A DNA stretch of 53,471 nt, from positions 1 to 53,471 of the forward strand of contig JABXJX010000003.1 of assembly GCA_013375375.1 (NCBI GenBank), written 5' to 3'. Below are positions 1 through 9,196 of the stretch, in pieces. Source of the stretch: Desulfobacterales bacterium (lineage in GTDB: Bacteria > Desulfobacterota > Desulfobacteria > Desulfobacterales > C00003060). The position numbers and the translations under genes are program-made. Each line of letters starts with the position of its first letter. Within the stretch, counting starts at the first letter, position 1. The notes under the pieces were generated by a model. The model did no database searches, had not been told where the DNA came from, and saw nothing but the letters and a program-made list of their open reading frames with translations.

Positions 1-1
1 C

Positions 2-928
2 CCGTGCCCGCCGGTTTCCATTGATCCGCCAACGATTTCAATTAACATCCTTCCCAATGATTCGCCCTTTGCAGGCAAAGAAGGAACTTTCGTGACATCT
101 CGCCATCTTGCCGAGCGTTTGCATCGGGAAACCCTGGCGGATGTCGCGTTGGTCGTAGAAGAGTTGGCCGAAGACGTGGGCTTCAAGGTCTCGGGCCGCG
201 GGGAACTGCATATAGCCATCTTGATTGAGAAGATGCGAAGAGAGGGCTACGAATTTCAGGTCTCTCGCCCCCAGGTTGTGATGAAACAGCAAGGTGACGA
301 CACCCTGGAGCCTTATGAGGAGCTGACCATTGACGTCGGCGAGGAGTACATGGGCGCGGTAATTGAAGCGCTCGGTCTGCGCAAGGGGAGGCTCATTGAT
401 ATGCAACAAGGAAACGGCCAGGCGCGCCTCAGGTACAAAATGCCTACCAGGGGCCTTATCGGCTACCGGTCTGAGTTCATGTCCAGCACCAAGGGCATGG
501 GCGTGATGAACTATGTTTTCCTGGAATACGGCCCCTACGCCGGCGAAATTCGCCATCGAAGAAACGGCGTCCTGATTTCCAAGTCCGTCTGCACAACCGT
601 GGCCTATGCCCTGTTTAACCTGCAGGCCAGGGGCAAGCTCTTTCACGGGCCCGGCGTTGAGGTCTATGAAGGACAGATCATCGGTGAGCACAGTAGAGAC
701 ACCGACCTGGTGGTGAACCCCGCCAAAGGAAAGAAGCTCACCAACATGCGCGCGGCAGGATCGGATGAAAACGTTATTCTCGCGCCGCCGTCGATCATGG
801 GCCTGGAAGAATGCATTTCCTACATCAACGACGATGAGCTGGTCGAGGTCACCCCCAAAAACATACGGCTCAGAAAATGCCGACAGGGGCCGACTTGCAC
901 GCCTGCGGCCCTGCAAAATGCTGCATGA
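2..928 (+). CDS. typA: translational GTPase TypA/BipA, C-terminal part (5' end outside window)
   Basis: The frame is open from the window edge. The translation (..DSPFAGKEGTFVTSRHL..GRGELHIAILIEKMRREGYEFQVSRPQVV..VNPAKGKKLTNMRA..) matches the C-terminal two thirds of BipA/TypA. Confidence 0.9.
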   Translation, partial: PCPPVSIDPPTISINILPNDSPFAGKEGTFVTSRHLAERLHRETLADVALVVEELAEDVGFKVSGRGELHIAILIEKMRREGYEFQVSRPQVVMKQQGDDTLEPYEELTIDVGEEYMGAVIEALGLRKGRLIDMQQGNGQARLRYKMPTRGLIGYRSEFMSSTKGMGVMNYVFLEYGPYAGEIRHRRNGVLISKSVCTTVAYALFNLQARGKLFHGPGVEVYEGQIIGEHSRDTDLVVNPAKGKKLTNMRAAGSDENVILAPPSIMGLEECISYINDDELVEVTPKNIRLRKCRQGPTCTPAALQNAA

Positions 929-1027
929 ACCAAGGAAAAGGAAATATTTATGAAAATCGGATTGATCGGTTTGCCGAATTCCGGGAAAACAACGATTTTC
1001 AGAACAAAAATTAACAAGGAAACTATT

Positions 1028-2344
1028 ATGTCTTTTAAAAATTTGAAGTTAGCTTCGCCTATCCTGAAAGCCATTGATGAATGCGGCTATGCCGCTCCGA
1101 CGCCCGTCCAGGTCCAGTCTATTCCGAAGGTCCTGGACGGCCACGATTTGATAGCCTCTGCCCGGACCGGCACCGGCAAGACCGCGGCATTCATACTGCC
1201 GGGTCTCCAGTGCCTGAGCGCTTCTTGTCCGGGCCGAAAACGCGGTCCGCGAGCGCTCGTGTTGACACCTACCCGCGAGTTAGCCGAGCAGATCACGCAG
1301 TCATCTCGCGTCTATGGCAAATACCTGCGTGTTAAAAGCACTACCATTGTCGGTGGCATGCCGTACCCCAAGCAGATCAAGGAATTGTCGAAGTCGCCCG
1401 ATCTGGTCATCGCAACACCGGGGCGCCTGCTTGATCACCTGGAGCACGGACGCATCAATCTCTCAGGTCTGGAACTATTGGTGCTGGATGAGGCCGACCG
1501 TATGCTCGATATGGGATTTATCGAGGATGTGGAGAAAATTGTGCGCAGTGCGCCGCCTCGACGACAGACGCTCTTGTTTGCGGCGACACTGAACAAGACC
1601 ATAGTCAAACTTGCGCGGCGTATCCTGAAGCATCCGGAGCGCGTTGAAATTGCAGCCGCAAAAACTACCCATGAACAAATCGAACAGCGCCTGCACGTGG
1701 CCGATAACCTTAAGCATAAGCGCCGTATGCTGAAACACCTCATCGCCGACCCCGACATGACCAAGGCAATTATCTTCTCAGCTACGAAAAGGGACGCTGA
1801 TAACCTGGCCCGCGAACTTTACGCCCAGGGCCATGCCGCAGCAGCACTGCACGGCGATATGAGCCAGGGCGCTCGAAATCGCACTATGAGAAGCATGCGG
1901 CGGGGCAATATCAGACTGTTGGTTGCAACGGATGTTGCCGCACGCGGTATTGACGTCGCCGGTATCAGCCACATCATTAATTTTGATCTGCCTAAATGTG
2001 CTGAAGATTACGTCCACCGCATAGGCCGTACCGGTAGGGCCGGCGCCTCAGGTATTGCTATCTCTTTTGCGTTGTCTAAAGAACTCAATGAGCTTTCCCG
2101 GATTCAACGCTATATAGGCGAGACCCTGCCCGTGCACGTAATCCCGGGATTTGAACCCACGTGTTCGCTACGGCACATGACAACGAAAAAGGAAAGTGGG
2201 TGGCGGAATGCCGTGACCGCAGGGTATTCCAGAGATAAAAAGTGGGGATCGACAAAGAAAAAGAAACTAATCGTAGAATACCGCAGCAGTAATGCAAGCC
2301 GGCAGGCGAGGCATAAACCGGCCCTCTCTCCCCTCCCTGACTAA
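1028..2344 (+). CDS. DEAD-box ATP-dependent RNA helicase with basic C-terminal tail
   Basis: Motifs present: Q motif (YAAPTPVQ), motif I (ARTGTGKT), PTRELA, motif II (DEADRM), SAT and motif VI (HRIGRTGRAG). I prefer the ATG at 1028 (MSFKNLKL.., AAGGAA RBS) over the ORF-track start at 950. Confidence 0.9.
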   Translation: MSFKNLKLASPILKAIDECGYAAPTPVQVQSIPKVLDGHDLIASARTGTGKTAAFILPGLQCLSASCPGRKRGPRALVLTPTRELAEQITQSSRVYGKYLRVKSTTIVGGMPYPKQIKELSKSPDLVIATPGRLLDHLEHGRINLSGLELLVLDEADRMLDMGFIEDVEKIVRSAPPRRQTLLFAATLNKTIVKLARRILKHPERVEIAAAKTTHEQIEQRLHVADNLKHKRRMLKHLIADPDMTKAIIFSATKRDADNLARELYAQGHAAAALHGDMSQGARNRTMRSMRRGNIRLLVATDVAARGIDVAGISHIINFDLPKCAEDYVHRIGRTGRAGASGIAISFALSKELNELSRIQRYIGETLPVHVIPGFEPTCSLRHMTTKKESGWRNAVTAGYSRDKKWGSTKKKKLIVEYRSSNASRQARHKPALSPLPD

Positions 2345-2463
2345 GAGTCAAACGTAGACTTGCCCTTTTACCCCCTGATCTTAACGGAAGACGTTTTTGA
2401 CAATTACGCGAATACACGATAGACTATATAGTTATACGTTTAGGGAAAGGGAATTTTGAAATC

Positions 2464-2961
2464 ATGAACAGATGCCATACAGCCTTTTTTACATTTGTAT
2501 TCATTTGCCTTGTTGCTACGGCGTCAATAGCGGCCGCGAACAAACTTATGAGCATCCAGGTAAAAAAAGGGCACCTTCGTACAGCCCCGTCTTTTCTTGG
2601 AAAAGTTATTGCCACCCTTGACTATGGAGACCGCGTTGATGTGATTGAAGAAAAAAATACCTGGTTCAGGGTAAGGGTTCCGGCTACCGGGACCTCGGGA
2701 TGGATACATGCTACGGCGTTAACCAGCAAGAAGATTGTTCTATCAGCCGGAGTCACAGATGTTGATCAAGCGGCCACCAGTGACGAACTGGCGCTTGCGG
2801 GCAAAGGTTTCAACAAAGAGGTCGAAGGGGAATTTAGGGCCAAAAACCGCCACCTTGATTATACTTGGATAGATAAAATGGAAGGGTTTGTGATGTCCCA
2901 GGCACAGATAGAGCAATTTATCAAACATGGCGACCTGTCTCCCCAGCGAGGTCACAAATGA
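2464..2961 (+). CDS. secreted bacterial SH3-domain protein
   Basis: It has an N-terminal signal peptide (FICLVATASIAAA) and an SH3b-like segment (GDRVDVIEEKNTWFRVRVPATGTSGWIHATAL). Its stop overlaps the next start (ATGA). Confidence 0.6.
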   Translation: MNRCHTAFFTFVFICLVATASIAAANKLMSIQVKKGHLRTAPSFLGKVIATLDYGDRVDVIEEKNTWFRVRVPATGTSGWIHATALTSKKIVLSAGVTDVDQAATSDELALAGKGFNKEVEGEFRAKNRHLDYTWIDKMEGFVMSQAQIEQFIKHGDLSPQRGHK

Positions 2962-3911
2962 AAACTTCGTCTATTCCGACTTGTATGAGCCTTGCTTTTA
3001 ACTCCGGCATATTATTCCTGTTTATTGCACTCTGCTTTTTGATTGTCCTTGGTGGGTGTAAAACAATGGAAGCAATGACTAATATGGGCATGACCTTCGG
3101 CGTCGCCACCGGTACGATTGACCAGGCCCGGGCTGAATCAATTAAAAAAAGCAGCATGGCCGTGGCCCGAACTTTCCGGGATATCACACCGGAACAGGAA
3201 TATTACATCGGACGGACCGTCGGTGCTGTTATCGTTAACAGATACAAACCTTATAATAACCCGGAAGCCAATCGTTATCTAAATCTATTGGGACAGACCT
3301 TGGCCCAGGCCTCTGATCTTCCGGAGACGTTCGGTGGCTACCATTTTCTAATTCTTGACTCCGATGAGATCAATGCATTTGCCGCCGCCGGAGGCCTCGT
3401 TTTTGTTACCAGGGGAATGCTTGGAAACTGCCGGAACGAAGACGCCCTTGCAGCGGTCCTGGCCCATGAAATCGGTCACGTCCAGCTCAGGCACGGCCTG
3501 CAGGCGATTAAAAAAGCAAGTATCACTACAGCCCTGACCACCCTTGCCCTTGAGGGCGCCAAAACCTTCAGCGGAAAGGATTTTGCCAACCTAATGGGCG
3601 CCTTTGAAGGTTCCATCGCGGATATTACCGCAACGATGATCAATAACGGCTACTCACGGTCGTTTGAACAGCAGGCAGACAAAGCGGCCGTTGCCATACT
3701 CCAGCGGGGAGGCTACAACCCGAACGGTTTAGTCGACATGCTCAGGGTCATGCAAGACAGACTTAAACCGGACGGTTTTGATTTTGCCAAAACGCATCCA
3801 GCCCCTGTAAGCCGTATTGCGGACATTCAAAAGAGTATCGGACCTTACAAGGTCATTAATACCCCCGCGTCAAGGCAGTCAAGGTTTATGGCATTTCTGG
3901 GAGGCATATAG
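2958..3911 (+). CDS. M48-family zinc metallopeptidase lipoprotein
   Basis: Lipobox LGGC after a hydrophobic N-terminus. HEIGHVQLRH supplies the HExxH zinc motif, and the layout is M48/Ste24-like. Confidence 0.8.
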   Translation: MKTSSIPTCMSLAFNSGILFLFIALCFLIVLGGCKTMEAMTNMGMTFGVATGTIDQARAESIKKSSMAVARTFRDITPEQEYYIGRTVGAVIVNRYKPYNNPEANRYLNLLGQTLAQASDLPETFGGYHFLILDSDEINAFAAAGGLVFVTRGMLGNCRNEDALAAVLAHEIGHVQLRHGLQAIKKASITTALTTLALEGAKTFSGKDFANLMGAFEGSIADITATMINNGYSRSFEQQADKAAVAILQRGGYNPNGLVDMLRVMQDRLKPDGFDFAKTHPAPVSRIADIQKSIGPYKVINTPASRQSRFMAFLGGI

Positions 3912-3919
3912 ACAAAAAC

Positions 3920-6067
3920 ATGGCCGAGCGTTTCAACGTCGCTTCCAAGCTCCGCCAAGGCCTCTTGGTGGGACTAGTTGCCGCTGTGCTCACCCTGACA
4001 TTATATGCCTTAAACTGGCTGAACACCTGGGAAGCCAAAACCTGGGATTGGCGCGCCACCCTCATGGCCAAACCGGGCAAGGCCACCGATGATATCCGTC
4101 TGATTCTACTTGACCAGAACAGCCTGGATTGGGCCCATAAAGAGAATGGGCTGACATGGCCCTGGCCCAGAGAGATTTATGGCGCCATTGTAAACTATTG
4201 TCAACGGAGCGGTGCAAAAGCTCTGGCGTTTGACGTCCTTTTTACTGAGCCTTCCAAGTACGGCGTAGCGGATGACGCTGCCTTTGGTTCAGCCGTCTCC
4301 CGTTTCGGCCGCTTTGCAGGAGCAGTGTTTCTGGGGCAGCGGTCGGGAAGTATAATTCAATGGCCGGCGGATATTCCCAAGCCCGAACTCAAAGTCAACG
4401 GCCTGCAAAAATGGCTGGCCCACACCCAAGCTGGGAAAACTACTTTTTTTCGCGCAACCTTGCCGGTTCCTGAACTGGCGAAAAATTCAGCCATCCTGTG
4501 TAACACCCATTTAGATGCCGATTCAGATGGAATCTACCGCCGGATAAAGCTTTTCAGTATCTTCGACAACAAGGTCCTCCCTTCCCTTGGGATTGGCACG
4601 TATCTGGCGGCGGACCCAAAAGAAAAAGCCTTCATTCTACCCGGCCGTCTCATGATCGGTGATACGTCCGTTCCCATCGACCAAAAGGGGCATGCTGTTT
4701 TACGCTTCCGCGGTCCATCAGGAACCCATAAAGCCTATAGCGCCGCCGCAGTATTGCAATCTGAAATTCGGATTTTAAATGGTGAAGAACCAACCATCCA
4801 GGATAAAAATACCTTTAAGGACAAATACGTGCTCTTCGGCTTCTCGGCACCCGGACTATATGATCTGCGCTCAGCAGCGGTCGGCGGCGTGTATACCGGC
4901 GTGGAAGTCCATGCCACCATGCTCGACAACTTTCTTTCCGGCGATTTCATTCAAAATGCACCGCGCTGGCTGGTTGTTACCCTTGTTATTTTTCTTGCTG
5001 TTTCCGGTGCGGTTGCCGGATCTTTATTCACCAGCCTGTGGGGAATCGCTGTCTTGAGTACCGCCTATATTGCCATCCCGGTTTTTCTTTCCCTATTCGC
5101 CTATGTGTATGGGTTTTGGCTGCCGCTGATTGTTCCGGAAACAGCCGTTGCGACTGCTATTGTCCTGGCACTGGCCGTTAATTTTGCAACCGAGGGTCGC
5201 CAAAAGCGTTTTATCAAGAACGCCTTTAAACAGTATCTCAGCTCCACGGTGATTGAACAGCTGCTGCAAAACCCCGCACGCCTGAAACTGGGCGGGGAAC
5301 GCAAAATTCTATCCATTTTCTTTTCGGATTTGCAGGGATTTACCTCGATCTCAGAGGACCTGGACCCGGAAGCGCTGACTAACCTTTTAAACGACTACCT
5401 GTCGGCCATGACCGACATCATCCATGCGGAGGGCGGCACGGTGGACAAGTATGAAGGTGATGCCATCATTGCCTTCTGGAACGCGCCGCTTGATGTACCC
5501 GACCACGCTATCCGCGTGATACGGGCGGCGCTCCTTTGTCAGGCCAAGCTGTCGGAACTGCGGCCGGAGTTTAAAAAGCTGATGGGTAAGGATATGCTCA
5601 TGCGAATCGGCGTCAACACCGGCCCGGCCGTGGTGGGCAACCTGGGTTCAAACACACGGTTTGACTATACCATGCTTGGCGACGCCGTAAACTTAGCCGC
5701 GCGGCTGGAAGGGGCCAACAAACAGTTCGGCACCTGCACCATGATGTCGCAATCCACCAGGGAGCTGGTCGGGGACGTCTTTGCAGCCCGGGAACTTGCC
5801 CGGGTTGCAGTTGTCGGTCGCAAGGAACCGGTAACGGTTTACGAACCCATGTTTCCGGACGAATATTACGCTAAGAAAAAAATCCTGGATGATTTCGCAA
5901 AGGCCCTGGATCTTTTTTATAAAGGCTGCTTTGCCCAGGCCCGGGAAATTTTCTCATCCATCCAGGATGTAGATCCCCCTGCGGCCGCGTATGCCAAAAA
6001 ATGTAACGAGCTAATGGATTCTGTCCCTGATAGCTGGCAGGGGGTATGGGTGGTGACCACCAAGTAG
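3920..6067 (+). CDS. CHASE2 sensor domain / class III adenylate-guanylate cyclase
   Basis: N-terminal TM helix, a periplasmic CHASE2-like region and a cluster of TM helices. The C-terminal cyclase core reads ILSIFFSDLQGFTSISE..YEGDAIIAFWNAP..RIGVNTGPAVVGNLGS..YTMLGDAVNLAARLEG. Confidence 0.85.
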   Translation: MAERFNVASKLRQGLLVGLVAAVLTLTLYALNWLNTWEAKTWDWRATLMAKPGKATDDIRLILLDQNSLDWAHKENGLTWPWPREIYGAIVNYCQRSGAKALAFDVLFTEPSKYGVADDAAFGSAVSRFGRFAGAVFLGQRSGSIIQWPADIPKPELKVNGLQKWLAHTQAGKTTFFRATLPVPELAKNSAILCNTHLDADSDGIYRRIKLFSIFDNKVLPSLGIGTYLAADPKEKAFILPGRLMIGDTSVPIDQKGHAVLRFRGPSGTHKAYSAAAVLQSEIRILNGEEPTIQDKNTFKDKYVLFGFSAPGLYDLRSAAVGGVYTGVEVHATMLDNFLSGDFIQNAPRWLVVTLVIFLAVSGAVAGSLFTSLWGIAVLSTAYIAIPVFLSLFAYVYGFWLPLIVPETAVATAIVLALAVNFATEGRQKRFIKNAFKQYLSSTVIEQLLQNPARLKLGGERKILSIFFSDLQGFTSISEDLDPEALTNLLNDYLSAMTDIIHAEGGTVDKYEGDAIIAFWNAPLDVPDHAIRVIRAALLCQAKLSELRPEFKKLMGKDMLMRIGVNTGPAVVGNLGSNTRFDYTMLGDAVNLAARLEGANKQFGTCTMMSQSTRELVGDVFAARELARVAVVGRKEPVTVYEPMFPDEYYAKKKILDDFAKALDLFYKGCFAQAREIFSSIQDVDPPAAAYAKKCNELMDSVPDSWQGVWVVTTK

Positions 6068-6122
6068 GGGAGAAGATAGGGCACGCTCGGAACGAACGTC
6101 CCCTATCTCCTTTGACATTTTT
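6068..6122 (+). terminator. putative intrinsic terminator after the cyclase gene
   Basis: AGATAGGG (6074-6081) pairs with CCCTATCT (6101-6108). A T-rich tract (tttgacatttttt) follows. Confidence 0.45.
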
Positions 6123-6275
6123 TACCACAAGTGGTACCGGGTATATTGAATATTGTCAATAGGCAAATTTACCTGTTCCTCGTTTAAATATCAACATATC
6201 GGGCAAGTTTACAAAATAATCAATTGTTCGGCGAAATATCCACTTACCTGAACGAAGAATACGGAGACTGATAAG

Positions 6276-6809
6276 GTGAACGACGAAATCAACCTGCCGC
6301 AGGGTCGGCAGGTCGCTATGGCTGGTATCATAGGCGCCTTCTTTGGGATTGCTCCAGCTTCCCTCCTGCTCTTGTGCACGAAACCGCTGTTGCCGAAGGC
6401 CGCCTCGATTATTCTATTCACTGGCTATGCCGTCCTCATCGGCTGGCCGTTCACTTACTGGTGGTCGAAATCAATCCACGACCGGATTAACGAGCTGCAT
6501 AGCCAACTCGAGAAACGAAACGAGTTGGATCCCATAGAGAGAGACTACCTGCCTCGACGTGTGCCCTGGATGCCTGCATGGCTCGGCATCTTCGAGCGGT
6601 TGTTCTATTGTCTGCTCGTAGGCTTCGACATCGCAAGTGGCGCCACGTTCATAGGAGTGTGGATTGGTATCAAGGTGGCGGGGGGCTGGCAACTGATGAG
6701 TAAGGGCACTACTCTTGGCCGGGCGGTTTTGTTTTCTGGCTTACTCGGCAATGCAATGTCGGTTCTCTTTGGTGTCGCCTGTGGGCTGGTGCTGAAGCAG
6801 TTTCTGTAG
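6276..6809 (+). CDS. hypothetical multi-pass membrane protein
   Basis: GTG-start ORF with about 4 hydrophobic helices and no recognisable family. GC is host-like. Confidence 0.5.
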   Translation: MNDEINLPQGRQVAMAGIIGAFFGIAPASLLLLCTKPLLPKAASIILFTGYAVLIGWPFTYWWSKSIHDRINELHSQLEKRNELDPIERDYLPRRVPWMPAWLGIFERLFYCLLVGFDIASGATFIGVWIGIKVAGGWQLMSKGTTLGRAVLFSGLLGNAMSVLFGVACGLVLKQFL

Positions 6810-7047
6810 CCGCGATAAACCCGGTTGCCGAACAATCGTTTGCACACGGAGTGGCTGTATCGCGCAGCTATTATTATTCTTAAATATGTGTACATCCAGA
6901 CACTTACTTAAATCTGTCGTTTTCAACCGCCACCCAGTGAAACGTACGTTATTCTAAAGGCAGAAAGGTGTAACCCATATATCGAATTATAGATAAAGCT
7001 CATATTTTCCTACATAGTAATGAAATATTGAATAAATAAGGTGGGCG

Positions 7048-7593
7048 ATGAAGTCGTATAAGATCACTATAGAAGGAGAACAGTTTAAGAAGAGCTATTT
7101 AATATACGTCATAAAGATACATAACGAAAAACATGGTAGCTTCTTTTATATTGGTCAAACTGGCGATAGAAATTATCTGACTGCTAGGCCTCCGTTTCGT
7201 CGCTTGGCAGGGCACCTGGAAGATCGGAAAAAATCAACCCAGAATCAATTGTATAAGGGAATTGTAGAACAGATATTGAAAATAGAATCTGATGGAAAAG
7301 ATAACTACACCGATATTACGAAAAATACCGTTTCCAAGTTCTTAGAAAACAGCACCATTGAAATGCTTGTTTTTAGCGTTATCGATTTTAATGAACTAAT
7401 TGAAAAGAATGAGCATAAGGAAAACGTTAGATACGTTGAAAATGTAGAAAAGCACTTAATTCAGAAGTTGTTAAAAGCGAAGGGTTCGAAGAATGTTCTG
7501 AATAAAAAGATTCTCAATCCATCTGATGATGAGAAAGCAAATGTAGTCGCTTCCGAAATCTTTTCAGAGGTTCTAGAGAAGTTAAAAGTATAG
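7048..7593 (+). CDS. integron-cassette ORF, GIY-YIG nuclease-like fold (tentative)
   Basis: RBS AAGGTGG. The pattern YLIYVIKI..(10 aa)..FYIGQTGD..RRLAGH....VENVEKHLIQKL fits GIY / YIG / Arg / Glu spacing. The ORF is low GC and is followed directly by an attC site. Confidence 0.55.
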   Translation: MKSYKITIEGEQFKKSYLIYVIKIHNEKHGSFFYIGQTGDRNYLTARPPFRRLAGHLEDRKKSTQNQLYKGIVEQILKIESDGKDNYTDITKNTVSKFLENSTIEMLVFSVIDFNELIEKNEHKENVRYVENVEKHLIQKLLKAKGSKNVLNKKILNPSDDEKANVVASEIFSEVLEKLKV

Positions 7594-7662
7594 AATATAA
7601 CAAAAGGTTGTACGAGGATGCGCGGCAAAATCGCCGCGCACCTGTAAACCTTACCGTTCGAA
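7594..7662 (+). mobile_element. integron attC recombination site (attC-a)
   Basis: R'' is AATATAAC, then a 5-nt spacer. L'' GTT(G)TAC(G)AGG pairs with L' CCTGTAAAC, leaving two bulged bases. The central 8-bp hairpin is TGCGCGGC/GCCGCGCA, and R' is GTTCGAA. Confidence 0.7.
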
Positions 7663-7696
7663 CCGCCTGCGGCGGCGCGAATGCGGGTGAGGAAAT

Positions 7697-8464
7697 TTGA
7701 GTAAGATAATAAAAAGAAAGTATGGTGCAGTTATTTTGCTTGATGCGTTAGGGGCTTCTGGATTTTCGGACACCCAAATAAAAGAGTTTTTATCTGCACG
7801 ATCAGAAATAAATGAAATAATCAAAGACCTTTCAACGAATATGAAAGGGTGGGGGAAGTTTCATTCCCCCAATATTTACACTTTCGGCGATACAATTGTT
7901 ATCACTTTTGTACTTAGGACCAAAAAATACATCCCAGAACATATCAAGGGCATTGTTATATTAATGAGAAGATATCTTTTCCATTCCATGGAGAACGGTA
8001 TTCTTTTTCGCGGCTCCTTTTCCTTTGGCCATTTTATTGAGGACCCAAAGACTAATACGGTAATGGGTAAAGCTCTTTCAGATGCGGCATCTTGGTACGA
8101 ATTATCAGATTGGATGGGTCTTAATAGCACCCCTAGTTCAAATTCTGTCCTAGAATACTATTTCAACCACGCACCACAGTTCATAAACGATGCAAAATGG
8201 ATTCACCCTTATGATGTACCATTAAAGACAGGTAAAACAATTAATCTGTACTCGATATCATGGCCTGCAGCATTTTTTGACCCTTACTGGCTGAAAGATA
8301 AAAAGAAAGATAATCCCTCAAAATGGTTCCTAGAAATCCTGAAAGACCTTCCTGTTCCCAAAGGAACTGAATCTAAATATGAAAATATGAAAAAATATTT
8401 TGAATTTATTGAAGATAAGATTGCTAACAATCAAATCCAGCCGACCGCTGAAAGCGGCGGCTGA
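7697..8464 (+). CDS. integron-cassette ORF, minimal nucleotidyl-cyclase/palm-domain-like protein (tentative)
   Basis: TTG start after GGTGAGGAAA. The segments GAVILLDALGASGF.., ..YTFGDTIVITF.. and ..FRGSFSFGHF..VMGKALSDAASWYELSD follow the class III cyclase / GGDEF-type palm pattern (D..G, GD, G..G..A.R-like). The stop codon lies inside attC-b. Confidence 0.5.
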   Translation: MSKIIKRKYGAVILLDALGASGFSDTQIKEFLSARSEINEIIKDLSTNMKGWGKFHSPNIYTFGDTIVITFVLRTKKYIPEHIKGIVILMRRYLFHSMENGILFRGSFSFGHFIEDPKTNTVMGKALSDAASWYELSDWMGLNSTPSSNSVLEYYFNHAPQFINDAKWIHPYDVPLKTGKTINLYSISWPAAFFDPYWLKDKKKDNPSKWFLEILKDLPVPKGTESKYENMKKYFEFIEDKIANNQIQPTAESGG

Positions 8465-8479
8465 TTTATAGCGTTGGGA
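8422..8479 (+). mobile_element. integron attC recombination site (attC-b)
   Basis: The sequence TGCTAAC-AATCA-AATC(C)AGCCG-ACCGCTGAAAGCGG-CGGCTGATTT-ATAGC-GTTGGGA has the same architecture as classical attC sites such as attC-aadA7, including the AAC/GTT boxes and a single bulged C in the L box. Confidence 0.75.
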
Positions 8480-8596
8480 GAGTCAAAGATGACAAAGCTA
8501 GGATATTTCAATGACGCTCCAATATTAACCCCCGATGATGTGGAAATCAGTGGAAATCAGGGTCACATCTTCATTTATCATTTACCACTTTCGGTG

Positions 8597-9154
8597 TCAT
8601 GCTCGACTCGTTTTCCTCTTTCTCTTCCCACCGTATGCAGCACGGCCTTCCTTGATATCAAAACCAATTTTCTTTCGCGGCTTTTCTGGTGGTGTCATGA
8701 GTTCGTCAATCGCCTCAAAGACAACCTTAAACTGCTTGTCATATTTCTTTTCTAATGCCGCCAACTTGCGTGCAAGATCCTTATGTGTAGCCAGCATTTG
8801 GCGAAGCTGAGCAAAGGCTCTCATAATCTGAATGTTTGCCTGAATCGCTCTATCACTGTTTAGGACACTTGAAAGCATAGCTACGCCCTGCTCTGTGAAG
8901 GCAAAGGGTAAATACTTCGAATGCTGTCCCCTTTTTAAGGTCACACATTGTGACCTTAAAGATTGGTTTTCCTCTTTTGTCAGCTCAAACATGAAATCAT
9001 CGGGGAACCGTTTCACATTTCTTCTAACTGCCTGCTTCAAGACTTTCGTTGCCACTCCGTAAAGCCCGGATAGGTCCCTATCCAGCATGACCTTTTTACC
9101 CCTTAGCAGGTATATTTTTTCTGTGATTCTTTCCACCGGTACAAGACCTGTCAT
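8597..9154 (-). CDS. ORF6N-domain (KilA-N-related) DNA-binding protein
   Basis: The segment [70 protein letters not shown] is the typical ORF6N signature. The gene is low GC and inverted relative to the two cassettes. Confidence 0.8.
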   Translation of the reverse strand: MTGLVPVERITEKIYLLRGKKVMLDRDLSGLYGVATKVLKQAVRRNVKRFPDDFMFELTKEENQSLRSQCVTLKRGQHSKYLPFAFTEQGVAMLSSVLNSDRAIQANIQIMRAFAQLRQMLATHKDLARKLAALEKKYDKQFKVVFEAIDELMTPPEKPRKKIGFDIKEGRAAYGGKRKRKTSRA

Positions 9155-9196
9155 CCAATAAAATCTCCCATCTTGTAATTGGGCACTATAATTTGC

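Noticed and set aside
38-916. A long antisense ORF (292 aa) lies opposite typA. Similar shadow ORFs occur at 9309-9905, 10241-10675, 14078-14644, 17475-17978, 18405-18953, 31003-31548, 37024-37547 and 48532-48903.
   Set aside because: Each lies entirely antisense to, or out of frame within, a gene with clear family motifs. Their translations are low-complexity (Arg/Ser/Pro/Gly-rich) with no RBS or recognisable motifs. These are typical shadow ORFs in roughly 50% or higher GC coding DNA.
950-2344. The ORF-track start at 950 as the true start of the DEAD-box helicase.
   Set aside because: The helicase homology begins at MSFKNLKL (ATG 1028, with its own RBS). The upstream 26 codons look like a GTPase relic, which is reported separately as a finding.
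6810-7047. A left-hand attC or attI site (and an integrase) bounding the first cassette.
   Set aside because: I found only weak candidates: GCCGAAC-AATCG.. without a complementary L'/R' half, a short CGTTTTCA..TGAAACG hairpin, and a GTTATTC box. None has full attC architecture. No tyrosine-recombinase ORF exists in the window, so the left boundary is unresolved.
8541-8560. A perfect tandem 10-mer (TGGAAATCAG x2), considered as a possible CRISPR or other repeat array.
   Set aside because: There are only two abutting copies with no spacers, and no further copies nearby. This is not a CRISPR architecture and is probably a slippage duplication.
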